The notes under the pieces were generated by a model. The model saw only the letters and a program-made list of their open reading frames with translations. It had not been told where the DNA came from and did not search any database. From Octopus sinensis (Eukaryota), in assembly GCF_006345805.1 (NCBI RefSeq), contig NC_043004.1, forward strand, positions 86,862,001-86,926,000: a stretch of DNA of 64,000 nt, given 5' to 3'. The stretch's first letter is position 1. The number at the start of each line of letters is the position of its first letter. Made by a program: the position numbers and the translations under genes. Positions 1 through 12,255 of the stretch are shown here, one piece after another.

Positions 1-104
1 GCAGAACATGCTCACAATGAAAGACATTCCAGCTTTGAATATCCTGTCTTTTTTGTAAATCTATCACTATGATATGTTCTATTTTTATGACAATTTGGTA
101 ATGT

Positions 105-470
105 AGTTCTCTGACAGCTAACGACTGATGCAGGCAGTTTATTCGATTCTTCAGCAATTCTGAGTCTGAAAAAATGTTTCTGAAATTCATAGTGCTGTGT
201 TGTTTCTTGATTTTGTAAGCCTGTCCATGAGTGTTAGACACATGGAATTCAAAAAGATGCTCAAGGCCGTTGTTAGAAAGATGCTGGATAATCTTGTGAG
301 TTTCTACCAAGTCGGTTGCCAAGTCAGTCCGTGCCAAGAGAAGTTTTAATGCGTCCATGACAACAGAAGCAAGACGTTCAATGTATGTTACATGCCTGAC
401 AGTGGGTGTTCGTCTGGTTGCACATTTTTGAATGGTTCTCAGGAGATTGATATGCTGAGCAAGATAATCC
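105..470 (-). mobile_element. CR1-like LINE ORF2 C-terminal remnant
   Basis: Minus strand reads HINLLRTIQKCATRRTP...TYIERLA...TDLVETHKII...NTHGQAYKIKKQ, then after a frameshift NKLPASVV. This fits the CR1 pattern LE.VQRRATK...Y.ERL...DL.ET.KI...TRGH.YK...WN.LP..VV. Confidence 0.8.
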
Positions 471-598
471 ATGATTAATTCAAAACAATGTGAATAAATA
501 AATGTTACACTTGATTCAGTAATCTGAATGCTAAAAGGTTAAAGAATAATACAAGGGAGCTTCAACGTGGTCAGTCTATCTGTTAGAAATAGCAACTA

Positions 599-1120
599 CT
601 GTAAATCCTCGAGTATAATCTGCATTTTTTTCCCAAAATTTAAAGGTCAAAATCCCTAGTGCGTACTATATATGAGGTTAAAAATGAAAAATATTTTCTA
701 AGCAATTTTCGAGTTTCTATTTGCTGTCTGGCAATGTTTATTCAAATGCATTTTGTGATGTCGGGCGCGAAAATACCTTAAGCTAAACCTGAAAACAATG
801 AAGTTATAAAAGAATCATTTATAACTTGCAGTAAGCAACATTTATTAAAATAAAAGTATTCAGAACACAGAATAACATGTAACAAAAACAATTTGCAAAC
901 ATATTTACATTCCCATATAACAGTTAAAAACATCACTATTATTGTATTACACATGCGCGGAAGTGTTTGTTTGACTAGGTAGTGCTGGCTTAATTACGCA
1001 CAACTCAAGTTAGAGAAGGGGTGCGTATTATACACAAGGTTTAGGTTTTTCAGATTTACAGCCCCCTAAAAATCCCCTGCGTATTATACTCAAGGGCGGA
1101 CAATACTTGAGGATTTACGG
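599..1120. mobile_element. Non-autonomous Tc2/pogo-type DNA transposon
   Basis: TA|CTGTAAATCCTCGAGTATAA ... ATACTTGAGGATTTACGG|TA: imperfect TIR with TA target duplication. Subterminal TGCGTA(C/T)TATA repeated near 660, 1022 and 1078. Confidence 0.75.
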
Positions 1121-1535
1121 TAAATCTCTCAAATTACATCTTGCATTCTTAAATATACACGGAAGATGATGTAATTCTATATACTGAAAAACAAAACAAA
1201 AACTGCATGATTGTGAATGGCATGCATTCTGGTCATAGGTTTATTTGACCTGAAATGAGCCGGGGTTAAACAACAATACAATGTAGAATAGTTAATCAAT
1301 ATGCTTCTACTCTAAGTTATGCCACTGAGTAGCAGCTGCACAATGGCATAGCTTAGAGCGTGGGCCATCCAAGCAGCTGTTGAGTTTGCCTCAGCTCAGC
1401 ACCACCCCATATGGCTTATATAGTTGACTCAAAAGTGCTGACCCCTTAAAAGTGTTGCCTGAGGTAGACTGCTCCCATTACTCCACCTTAGGTGTACTAC
1501 TGATACTAGATAGCATTTGATGAATTCTTTCACAT

Positions 1536-1763
1536 TCTTTTACTTGTTTCAGTCATGTAACTGTGGCCATGCTGGAGCACCGCCTTTAGTCAAGCAAATC
1601 GACCCCAGGACTTATTCTTTGTAAGCCTAGTACTTATTCTATCTGTCTCTTTTGCCGAACTGTTAAGTTACGGGGACGTAAACACACCAGCATCGGTTGT
1701 CAAGCGATGTTGGGGGGGGGGGGGTAAACACAGACACATAAACATATATACATGCATACATAC

Positions 1764-1852
<89 letters not shown>

Positions 1853-2005
1853 CATACATACATATATACGATGGGCTTCTTTCAGTTTCTGTCTACAAAA
1901 TCCACCCACAAGGCTTTGGCTGGCCTGAGGCTATAGCAGAAGACAATCCCCTTTCTCCAAGGTGCCACGCAGTGGGACTGAACCTGGAACCAAGTGGCTC
2001 GTAAG
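1536..2005 (-). mobile_element. Major tRNA-head SINE with internal (TA)n/(TG)n microsatellite
   Basis: Reverse complement of the family seen at 22489, 37743, 42258 and 47292. Confidence 0.8.
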
Positions 2006-3024
2006 TAAACTGGGGTTGATGTAATCCACAATCCCCGTTCTCCAAATTTCAGGCCTTGCACCCAGAGTAAAAAAGGATTTTGTCCATTACTCTTTTTGAG
2101 AACTCTTTGTTTTTATATTTGTATTGAACACTAATATACACTGTAATCATAGAATTTTAAAGATGTGCTGCTCATTATAACAACAGTATAGAAATTTCTC
2201 GAGGTGAAATTTTGGTAGCCATTTAGAATTTCTGTTAAATCTTGTGCTACAGTTGCTTAGACCAATTCTGACTGATCTATCCTATAATCCAAGGAATTCC
2301 AACCATGACCACCCTGTATCTTTTATCTAGGTCTGACTGGCACTCTGTCACTTACAACAATGAGAGTTCCAGTTGAGTTGATTGATTGAACAGCCTGCTT
2401 GTGAAATTTATGTGCAAATGGTTGAGCACTCTACAGACATGTATACCGTTAATGTAGTTCCCAGAATGACACAGAATGTGACAAGGCTAGCCTTTGAAAT
2501 ACAGGCACTACTTATCTTTAGCAGCTGAATGAACGGGAACAATAAAGAATCTTACTGAAGGACACGGTGCATCACTGGAAATTGAACTTGCAACCTTATG
2601 ATTGTGAACCCAATACCCAAATCAATAAGTCACGTGCCTTCAATATCTAGGTCAACATTGTCTAATATGTTCTTCCTTTTTGAGACTGTTGGATGTTTTC
2701 TGAGGGAGATTTGGTTGATATTTCAAGAGGGTTAGACATGAGCACCCAGAGGCTCTCCCAGAGGTTCATGTTTGATGCCATATTTACTTAGAGTGGGATT
2801 ATCAGTTTTAATGTCATTAATTCAATCTTTTTAAGGGCTTCAGAAATAGCATTAGAAATATAAGTTTCAAATTTTGAGTTAAGGCCAGCAATTTTGGGGG
2901 AGGGGGTAAGTCAGTTAAATCAACCTTAGTGTTCAACTAGTACTTATTTTATCAGCTCCAAAAGGATGAAAGGCAAAGTTGATCTTGGCAGAATTTGAAC
3001 TCAGAATGTAAGATGGATGAAATG

Positions 3025-3048
3025 AGATAGATAGATAGGTAGGTAGAG

Positions 3049-3117
<69 letters not shown>
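3025..3117. repeat. (GATA)n microsatellite
   Basis: Direct reading. Confidence 0.95.
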
Positions 3118-3509
3118 TAAGCATGACAGTGTGGTTAAGAAGTTCACTTTGTAATCATGTGTATTTCAGTTTCAGTTTCACTGCACGGTACATTAGGCAA
3201 GTATTTTCTGCTATAGTTGTGGGCAGATCAATGTCTTGCGAGTGGATTTGACAGATGGAAACTGTATTCAAGCCTATTGTATACATATATATGTGAATGT
3301 GTGTGTGTGTGTGTGTGTTTGTGTTTACCCCCATAATCACTTGGCAGCTGATGTGGGTTTGTTTACATTCCTGTAACTTAGTGGTTCAGCAAAAGACTCT
3401 GATGGAGTAAGTACCAGACTTGAAAATTAAAAGTAATTACTGGGGGCAATTTGTTTAATTAAACCCTTCAAGGTGGTGCCTCAACATGGTTGCAGTCTAA
3501 TGACTGAAG

Positions 3510-3555
3510 CATGTATGAATGCATACATGCAAACATACATGTATATGTATATATA

Positions 3556-3606
<51 letters not shown>

Positions 3607-3960
3607 TGTATGCATGCATACATACATATATACATACATACACTACATACATACATAATGATTTGGGATAGAGAAGAGAAACTGTGAAGATTTCTGGAAA
3701 TTTGAAGACTGCAGATCCAATCCATCACTAGAACTGTAAACATCTGTAAAACTTTCCAGAAGTTTATTATTTAAATATATATGAACATGTCTAGATATGT
3801 AACTATATGCATGAGAATACATACAAATCTGCACATACATACATACATGCATGCATATATACATATATGCATACATATATACATACATGCATGCATATAT
3901 AGATACATGCATACATATATACAGAGATGCATGCATACATACATACATACATGCATATAT
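3510..3960. repeat. Complex (TA)n/(TACA)n/(ATGC)n low-complexity block
   Basis: Direct reading; it explains the MYVC/HTYI-type ORFs. Confidence 0.9.
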
Positions 3961-5001
3961 GGCAGAGAGACTCAAGGAGACTTGGGACTCGTTATAAAGT
4001 GGTGGAGAGTGATCTGAAGATGTTGCATTTTACAAAGAAGGTAACAAGGGGTTGTGTTGACCAGCAGCATGCACTAAGGGAGAAGATATGTCTATCCATG
4101 CAAGCTTGGTAAAATGAATTTTAAAACTGATGGTGATGGCGGTTAGGAGACATAACACATCCTTCTACATACAAACATATACCTATCAGTCTGTCTGTCT
4201 ATCTATATATCTGTCTATCAGTCTGTCTGTTTATCTATCAGTCTGTCTACCTATCTGTCTATCTGTTTCTTAAAAAAATTTTATTATTTTTATTTTTTAC
4301 TTGTTACAGTTATAAGACTGCAGACGAACTGGGGCACCACCTTGAAATATTAGTCAAACAAATAGGGACACAAACATACCAACACCAGTTGTCAAGTGGT
4401 GGGGGTGGGAGTGAAACAAACACAGGTACACAGACACACACACAACAGGTTTCTTTCAGTTTCTGTCTATCAAATCCACTCACAAGACTTTGGTTGGCCC
4501 AAAGCTACAGTAGAGGACACTTGCTCAAGGTGCAATGCAATGGGACCGAACCTGGAACCATGTAGTTGGGAAGCAAACTTCTTACCACACAGCCATGCCT
4601 GTGATAGACAGATAGATCTATCCATAGATAGATAAATGGAAAAGAATGGTGCAGCCAATACAAATAAGCTCTCTAATTTTGTTGTCTTTTCTAAATATAC
4701 TCTGTGGAACACTCAAACCCTGGACTTAGCTAGGATAAAATTACAGCACACAAAATGAAGTTCACATGGAGGGAGGTTTTAATAATGGTTGTTTATCAAA
4801 CAATTTACCGTTTAAAATATACTATTTGAATATATGAATAAACACACATACATACATTATTAATTGGCAGCAATTACAGAGTTTATAAAAAATTACGTTA
4901 TAAAATGTATATGTGTATATATACTCATGTTTGTTTTGAATTCTGTTTTCCTGTTAGTATCACCAAACGTATGTTTGCAAACTAAATACAAAAACGAAGT
5001 A

Positions 5002-5038
<37 letters not shown>

Positions 5039-6654
5039 CTGTTGTCAAGTTTACATCTACTCCCTGCTAGCTTTTTAACGCCCTCTCGTTTTTTCTATCA
5101 GTCATCTCTCCATCACACATCCTATTTTCCATTCACTGTATTATGCTGCCAGTAAAAATAAGGAAGGCAGCAGATCTCTTCTGTTAGACCTTTGCATCTC
5201 TCTGACATTCAGCCACTTTTCCATTCACCCTATGATACCACCTGTGTAAGAAGGGATGGTAAAGGACTTACCATATTTCAACTACACTACCATCATCCTT
5301 ATCGCTCTGTCCTTCCCCCTTCATGAGTTCTTGAATGTATAAGAGATTGCATCAGATATGTTTGTATTCAATATACTTAACCCTCAGCATCTCTATTGCC
5401 TGGTTACTTGTTATAGATATCCAGCATGCTGGCAGAATAGCTAGTGCATCAGACAAAATGCAACATTTTTTTCTGGCTCTTTGCATTCAGAGTTCAAATT
5501 TTGCTGAGAGAAACTCTGCCAGATCAGATTGGAGCCTGGTGCAGCCATCTGGTTCGCCAGTCCTCGGTCAAATCGTCCAACCCATGCTAGCATGGAAAGC
5601 AGACATTAAATGATGATGATGATGATGTTGCCTTTGCTTTTCATAATTTCAGAATCATTAAAATAAGTATTAGTAGCACACTAAGGTCAATGTAATTGAC
5701 AAACCCTCCCCTTAAATTACTAGTCTTATATAAAAAAATGTGGAACCATTATTATTTTTCATTCTTGCTCCCCTTCTATCATCCTCTCACTGCAAATCAC
5801 TCACTTTCTACTATTATACTCTCGCTCCCTTCACTCTCCCATCCAGTGTTTTTGGTTGTCACTGACTTCTTTCCAACTTTCTTCTCTGTCACATTACCTT
5901 GAGTGAATGAATACATCACAGAATAATGATAACTATTTAATTTTTACATACTACAAGACAAACTCTAGAGTGCTGGAGCCATGAGGAAGTGCATCCTGTT
6001 TCCTTTGAAAAGTGGTTGATGAATGCATGGAGGTAAAGTGGGATTGAGGAGAAACTTTAAATCATATGGAGGACATAACAGTCCCTCTGGGACCTTGCTC
6101 AGAAACAGGTGAAGATTAGTAACAAGAAAGGCATCTACCTGTAGAAAATTTGCCCCAGTAACCTTCATCCAACCCATGCAAGCATGGAAAAGTGAACATG
6201 AAAATGATGATGAAATCAAACACCTCCTAATTTGTTCTGTAAGTAACTCAGCTTGCCTCTTTAGAGAAACTCACTCACTTATGAGAGGCCTATTGAGTCA
6301 GAGCACATGGCTGCATTCACCATTTTTTGGTATATTCCCTGGCAATCTGTTGAACAGAGTCCTAGTCAGTCCCCATCTATGTAAGATATCTCCTCATTTA
6401 CCATGAACATGTAGCATGTGGTCAACCAGCACAAGTTGGATCCTTAGTGAAGGTAACATGGTAAGCAGGGTCTGACTCAGAAAATCGAGCAACGTGGCCA
6501 AACAGCCTGCTTGAATTTTGGAAATTCTGTCATTGTAGTGAAAGCTATTGAAAATGTTGGCCTTGTCTTTGTGAAGAGTTCACCACTAAGAACAGGAAGT
6601 GAATGACTGTAGTTCAGTCATACTGTCCAATGGAATTGTATCTATAAACTGTCT

Positions 6655-6928
6655 TCATCTCTCTTCTTAATCTGGTTTCCTTGGCATATAGATTCCCCAC
6701 CCGGATGGGACGCCGATCCACTGCAGGTGAGCTGCAAGATGCAGATGGAAAGACTGAGAGAAAGTTGTGGTGAAAGAGTCAGCAGAAGTTCACTATTACC
6801 TTCTGCCGGAGTCGTGTGAAGCTTAGGTGTTTCGCTCATAAACACACACATTGCCTGGTCTGAGATTCGAACCTGCAATCCCTCGACTGCGAATCTGCTG
6901 TTCTAACCACTAAGCCATGTGCCTCCAC
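6655..6928 (-). mobile_element. tRNA-head SINE with V-domain-like core
   Basis: Flanked by 11-bp TSD ATAAACTGTCT (6644-6654 and 6929-6939). tRNA-like head at the right end; related to the copies at 48090 and 61354. Confidence 0.75.
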
Positions 6929-7261
6929 ATAAACTGTCTAGATAGCAAATATCTCAAGTGCAATATTATTGCTTTCAGGATACAATCTTGGAGAAAAACT
7001 ATATAGTTACATACTATCTCAAGAAACAACAAATGTAGAAGAGTAGATGAGAGAGCCTCTATGTGGCCTAAAATTTTGGGGGAGGGGTCTAGTTGATTAC
7101 ATCAACTCCAGTACTTATTTCATTGATCTTGAAAGGATGACCTTGGCAGAAATTGAACTCAGAGCATAAAGATAAATGAAATACTACTAAACATTTTGTC
7201 CAGTGTGCTAATGATTCTGCCAGTTCACCTTAGTATTATTATTAACAATAACACCTTAAAT

Positions 7262-7378
7262 ATTCTCTACAATGATACAGCAAAAGTATTTGATTCTGTT
7301 ATTCACAATGAACTCTTACAAATAATGCAATCTTATGAATTTAACTTTCAAATAGCAAAATGCAAAGATTATTTATTT
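7262..7378 (+). mobile_element. LINE reverse transcriptase fragment
   Basis: ILYNDTAKVFDSVIHNELLQIMQSY resembles the non-LTR RT motif IY.DF.KAFDSV.H..LL..L.SYG. Confidence 0.6.
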
Positions 7379-8149
7379 CATCACCATCATCATTTAATTT
7401 CCATGTTTTCATATTTTAATGGGTCTGACAGAATTTGTTGAGGCAGATTTTCTATGGCTGGATGCCCTTCCTGTGGTCAACCTTTGTATGTTTCCACGCA
7501 AGGTACTGTTTTCCCAGGGTCAGATATATTTTTTAATGGAAGACTAGATATGAACAATATCACTTGTATGATGGTGATGTTTGTTTAAAATCATTGTCCT
7601 ATGATATCAAGACAAGAGTACACACACACACATGATGGGGTAATCATAGTTGAAGTACCTTAGATAATCGGTTTGCTCAGTCAGATTTGACCTAGGGCTA
7701 AATATCAACTACATGATCACTGATGCCCCTAACTGTCAATACGTGTTTTGATTGGTTGATATAATTCTAATCTACTTCAATAAGGTTTTGATATTAAGCT
7801 ACTTGTTAAACAGGTCCAACCAAAGGATATAAAGTAAATAATTGTGTCTGAAGAAACTTAAATATTTCTCTTTCTCCTCTATTTAACATTTTGTTCTCCG
7901 TTTTCGTTTGACACTATCAATTCAGTACTATTAGAAAAGATGAACACCTCCAACAAAAAGTGCCGCCCATAACGTCTAACTTTTCCTTTTTCTCTCGGCA
8001 AACCAATTTATTCTACTTTTGAAGTCTATATAAGGAATATAAACTATCAGATGTTGTATAGATATTAAAAACACTTTCACAAACTATATATACAGTTAGA
8101 TGTAATTTTGAGGTGTATAATATACATAGTCTTAAATTAAAAATAACAT

Positions 8150-8589
8150 TGGCTTCGACTAGTGACACAAGCTAAGATTAAAAAGCAGGGTGGTAGGTAT
8201 AATGGTATACTGAGCCGCTTCTTACGTTGCCAGGCAAGCTACAATTTCTTCCCAATCTAGGGCAGTAATAAGCTCGTGTCTCGTTAAATCTCGTGTGATT
8301 TCGTTTCCCGCCACTGAACCACGTGGGGAAGGTAGGGGACATGTTTTGTTGTGTTTGCCTGATCAATTAACTTCCCAACTCAATTCTATCAATCGTTCAC
8401 TATTATAAACAACTGTAAAAGAATTGCCTGAGATTAGAACTATTTATATAATTCGCCGAGTAATTGAACTAGGGCTTTGCGCCGTTTTCCTACCTCCTAT
8501 CTCGATCATCCTTACATTTATCGCTGAGCAGCACTCTTCCATAACAAAACAATCCACAAGTTTTAGAATTCGTATCTTCTCCTTTTGTC
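8150..8589 (+). promoter_or_regulatory. Probable UHRF1 promoter and 5' UTR
   Basis: Repeat-free and visibly CpG-richer than the flanks. Contains CCAAT near 8252, TTTCCCGCCA at 8304-8313, CACGTG at 8320-8325 and TATAAA at 8404-8409. No upstream ATG between 8410 and 8589. TSS not determinable from sequence. Confidence 0.6.
8304..8313 (+). promoter_or_regulatory. E2F-type site TTTCCCGCCA
   Basis: Exact match to TTTSSCGC. Confidence 0.55.
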
Positions 8590-8742
8590 ATGTGGATCCA
8601 AGTGCGGACCTTCGACGGGAAGAAAACCGTCAAGGTGAAAGGACTTTCCAAATTGACCAAAGTTGAAGAGTTACGAGAGAGTATTAAGGATAAGTTTGAT
8701 GCAGAGCCATCCCAACAACAGTTGTTCTATCGCGGCAAACTG
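8590..8742 (+). CDS. UHRF1: UHRF1 coding exon 1 (N-terminal part of ubiquitin-like domain)
   Basis: [51 protein letters not shown] matches the UHRF1 N-terminus (human MWIQVRTMDG...RLFYRGKQ). 153 nt, followed by donor CTG|GTAAGC. Confidence 0.96.
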
Positions 8743-8863
8743 GTAAGCTTTTTTTTTTATTACACTATAAATTTAGGTTTTATTTATTTTATTAATGTTT
8801 TCAATGACAGTGATATTTCGAAATATTTCACACGGCTGTTGTTATCCTCTCTTATCATCTGGC

Positions 8864-8871
8864 TTTGGCGC
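8864..8871 (+). promoter_or_regulatory. E2F-type site TTTGGCGC (intron 1)
   Basis: Exact match to TTTSSCGC. Confidence 0.45.
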
Positions 8872-9085
8872 CATATACCTTTTTTTGTCTATGAAAAAAA
8901 TGTTGTTTATATTTCTGATTACCTGTAATTTGGCAGTTTATCCTGACATGTCACGTATAATAATCCACAACTCATCCAATTTTTATTTATTCAACACATT
9001 CATTTCATAATATTGAACTAAAGTTTTATTTTATTCAGGAATTTTTCACTTGTTTGATTTCTTCCCCCCTTTCTCTGTGAAGATA

Positions 9086-9095
9086 TGGCGGGAAA
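9086..9095 (-). promoter_or_regulatory. E2F-type site TTTCCCGCCA (intron 1, minus strand)
   Basis: Plus strand reads TGGCGGGAAA, the reverse complement of the 8304 site. Confidence 0.5.
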
Positions 9096-11641
9096 TCTCC
9101 TCCTCTCCCCTTGTCACTGTTTATCTTTCAGTGAACTATTTCTTTCTTTCTCTCTGTTCGGCTTTGTCATCATATCCTGTCCCTCCACATATATTATAAA
9201 TATTTCGCTTTGTCTTTTTAGCCTAGAGTAAATCTATTTTAGAATTTTTTTTTTATGAAGAGTCTTGTAAAATTACTTTTAGTAATTTTGATCAATGGTA
9301 TTTTGACTAACTGTGATTATAATCCTATTGTCAAAATGCATTGAATATATTTAAAATATATTTTACGAGTTAAGAAACGAAGTCTCCAAATGCCTTTTGT
9401 AAAAGATACCTTATGTCATTTTCGAGAACCTAGATGTAGCTCCATAAAAATTTGGAATGGGGAAAAGATTTCAAATATTTTAATTTATAACGCTTGAAAA
9501 TAAATTTGCGATCAAATAGAAATGTGTAAGTGGTTTCTATATTCCTTAGTTATTCATTTTCAAAAAAATTTACAGCTGATGAGTAAAACTCAGAAAATAT
9601 TTCAAAACGTTTTCAAGAAATTCTATTATTATCAACTTAAAAAATGGAATAAGTTCTTTTTTTTTCCTAGAAAGAAAAAGAAATTGATGCTTTTATTAAC
9701 ATCTGAGCACTTCTTCCCTAATATTCAATATCAGAAACTGGAAATTTCATCTGCAAGCAAATTTTACTCTCTTCTAGACTTGCAAACTTCATGATAATTA
9801 AGTAATTGGACAAAGAAGTGATAGTAATGATGTAGTGAAAGGCTTTGAATCTTTCCTGTCCTTTTAACTGAAAGTGATTAGAGGAAACTCTAAACTGGGT
9901 ACTGTGAAAATGAGTTGAGGAAGGAAAGGCCTCCTTAAAACTTTAGGTTCAGCTTAATTTCATTGTACAGTCCCTGACCAAGTACAACAAAGCTATTATT
10001 TCTGTGAGTGTATCGTCGCCAACACCATCATTAATATAACTTTCTTTTTTTTTTTGTTAAGTAATTTTCATCTAGTTTACAAGACTTTCCAGCCTAGTGT
10101 GATGTATTTTATTCTATATTAAGCTGTTCGTATGTAATATCAAATGAAAAGAATAATATTTAAATTTTTGATAGTTGATGTGGAAACACTTTCAGCTCAG
10201 GATAGAATCTGTAACGTCAAGACTGAATGAATTCAGTTTCAGAGAAGTTCAATCCCAAACGAAACGAGCCCTTGCGAGCTTTAGAAGAAAACCAATTTGA
10301 AGAGTTGGTTTTATGACCGAGCAAAATAGATTCTATTAAACTTTGTGTGTGTGCTCTAAACAGCCTGCTGCACCCCAAATGTCGTATGTAGGATAGGCAT
10401 ATAGGGTTGAATAATTCAGAATATTAACCTCACCCTTTAATTTTTCACCCATTAGCAGTTCTTTTTTCCTTTCTTCTTTGCATGGATATCTCTTCTGTGG
10501 AAAAGACTAAATTTCAAAGTCAATTTTACTGCAGAGCCTGTACATAGAAATAACACCTTGAGTAGGAGTAATTCAGACTTTAAAGTTTTATACTAAGAAA
10601 ATTGACAGTCAATGAAGACTCATTCAGTTTGGTCCCCCATTCCCAGCTGTTTTCCTTTTTAACTTGGCGAAGCCTTTCTTTTTCTTAAGCTCGCACTCTT
10701 AATGGAATAGAATAGCTGTATGTAGGAGTGATAAACTAAGCTGGAGTAGATATGTTGAAATAATAGATATTACTCATGTATTACCAATGATATTTAGTGT
10801 TTGCTATAAAAGAATCTATATTTATAAATAAGTTATTTGTTACTACTTTTGTTAAATCACCTGTCTTTTCTTTATTGACCAAATCAATTTATCTCGATAA
10901 TACATTTTTATGAACAAAGTGCTAACTTCGAGAAGTTACTGAGATGAAGAATGTAGATGGATGAGTTGCTGCTACTTAGCCCTAGGCCTGCTCTGATCGC
11001 AGATCTATGACAGTCAAAAACTTTTCCAACCACGACCGATCTTCCTCTTTTTTTTTTTAAACCCTTTTTACACCAGTCTACCTGAGACCGCCATTCGTTC
11101 AAGGATGCAAATTTCTAGTTTTGAAGTGATTTTCAACAGTAGTTGAAATAAAGGCAGTTAATTCAACCAAAAGCATGGTAACAGAAGGGGGCATTAGTAA
11201 CTGGACTATATTATCTAATGTGTCCTTTGGAATATAAAAACTTTAAGATGGAGTTCTGGTGGTGTTTAGCTGCTATTTCTAAACAAGTCGAACGATATAA
11301 AGGGCTGTTCCAACAGTTGGTTGTTCAGAGAATTTAGCATTACAAAAAAAAAAAAAAAAACCTTGTGCAGATAAAGTATTAGGGAATGGAAATTACTAGT
11401 CTGGAACTTAGGAAACATCATCATCATCATCATCAAGGCTCTAAATGTAAAGTGCTGTTATTATATTTACATTGATGAGTTCATTGATAAAACATGGTAT
11501 AGGATTTGGATGTCATACAGCCGATGACAAAGGAAAAAAGAATAATGCAGAAGTGGCTATTATAAATATACATATTGTATTTATATATGTGTATACATAC
11601 ATACATACATATATGCATGTGTATATATATGTGTGTGTGTG

Positions 11642-11673
<32 letters not shown>

Positions 11674-11806
11674 TATGTTCATACATAAAGAGAAATTGAA
11701 AATGCACAAGTCTTTAAAAAGATTTATATCTACTTAACTAATTTCATGATTTTCAAAAGTAGTTTGGGATTGGCAGTTCTGGAGCCCTGCAATATTTGTC
11801 TTGGCT

Positions 11807-12255
11807 CATCATCATCCTTTAATATCTGCTTTCCATGCTGGTATGGGTTGGACAGTTTAACCCAAGCTGGGGAGCTGCACGAAGTTCCAGTCTCATTTGG
11901 CTTGGCTTCTATACCTGGATGCTCTTCCTAATGCCAATCACTTTATAATGTGTGCCGGGTGCCTCTAAATGTGGCACTGACACTGGATACTTGCAGGTCT
12001 TAACACTTCTGTGGAGGACGGGTCTTCTTGAGTATAACAAGGCATCAGGTATCTTGGTCCTTTGTCATCTTGTCTGAAAGCTTCAGCATCCTGAGGTCGT
12101 CCTTCAGTACTTTGTCTCATTGCCTTCCTGGGTCTTCCTCTTCCATGTGATCCATCAACTTTGAGTGATCAGCACTGCATTATGGAACTGTCAACATCCA
12201 TCCTCATCACATGACCAAACCTGCACAGTCTTCTCTTTTGCACATTGCAAACATG
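11807..12255 (-). mobile_element. 5'-truncated RTE LINE: ORF end plus 3' UTR and (GAT)n tail
   Basis: Minus strand reads VQKRRLCRFGHVMRMD...VDGSHGRGRPRK...DDLRML, the RTE C-terminal motif, continuing into the TTGGCATTAGGAAGAGCATCC...GATGATGAT module. Confidence 0.85.

Noticed and set aside
1712-1724. G13 run as a G-quadruplex element
   Set aside because: An expansion of the short G/C tract present in all copies of this SINE.
1663-4112. ORFs rich in YI/CV/HT dipeptides (also at 11.5, 16-19, 22.5-22.9 and 47 kb)
   Set aside because: They are translations of (TA)n, (TG)n, (TACA)n and (GATA)n microsatellites, which lack stops in several frames.
8178-8366. 62-aa minus-strand ORF as a divergent gene
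   Set aside because: No recognisable homology or further exons; it overlaps promoter motifs.
8743-8928. C-terminal half of ORF 8590-8928
   Set aside because: Read-through past the GTAAG donor into T-rich intron; homology stops at RGKL.
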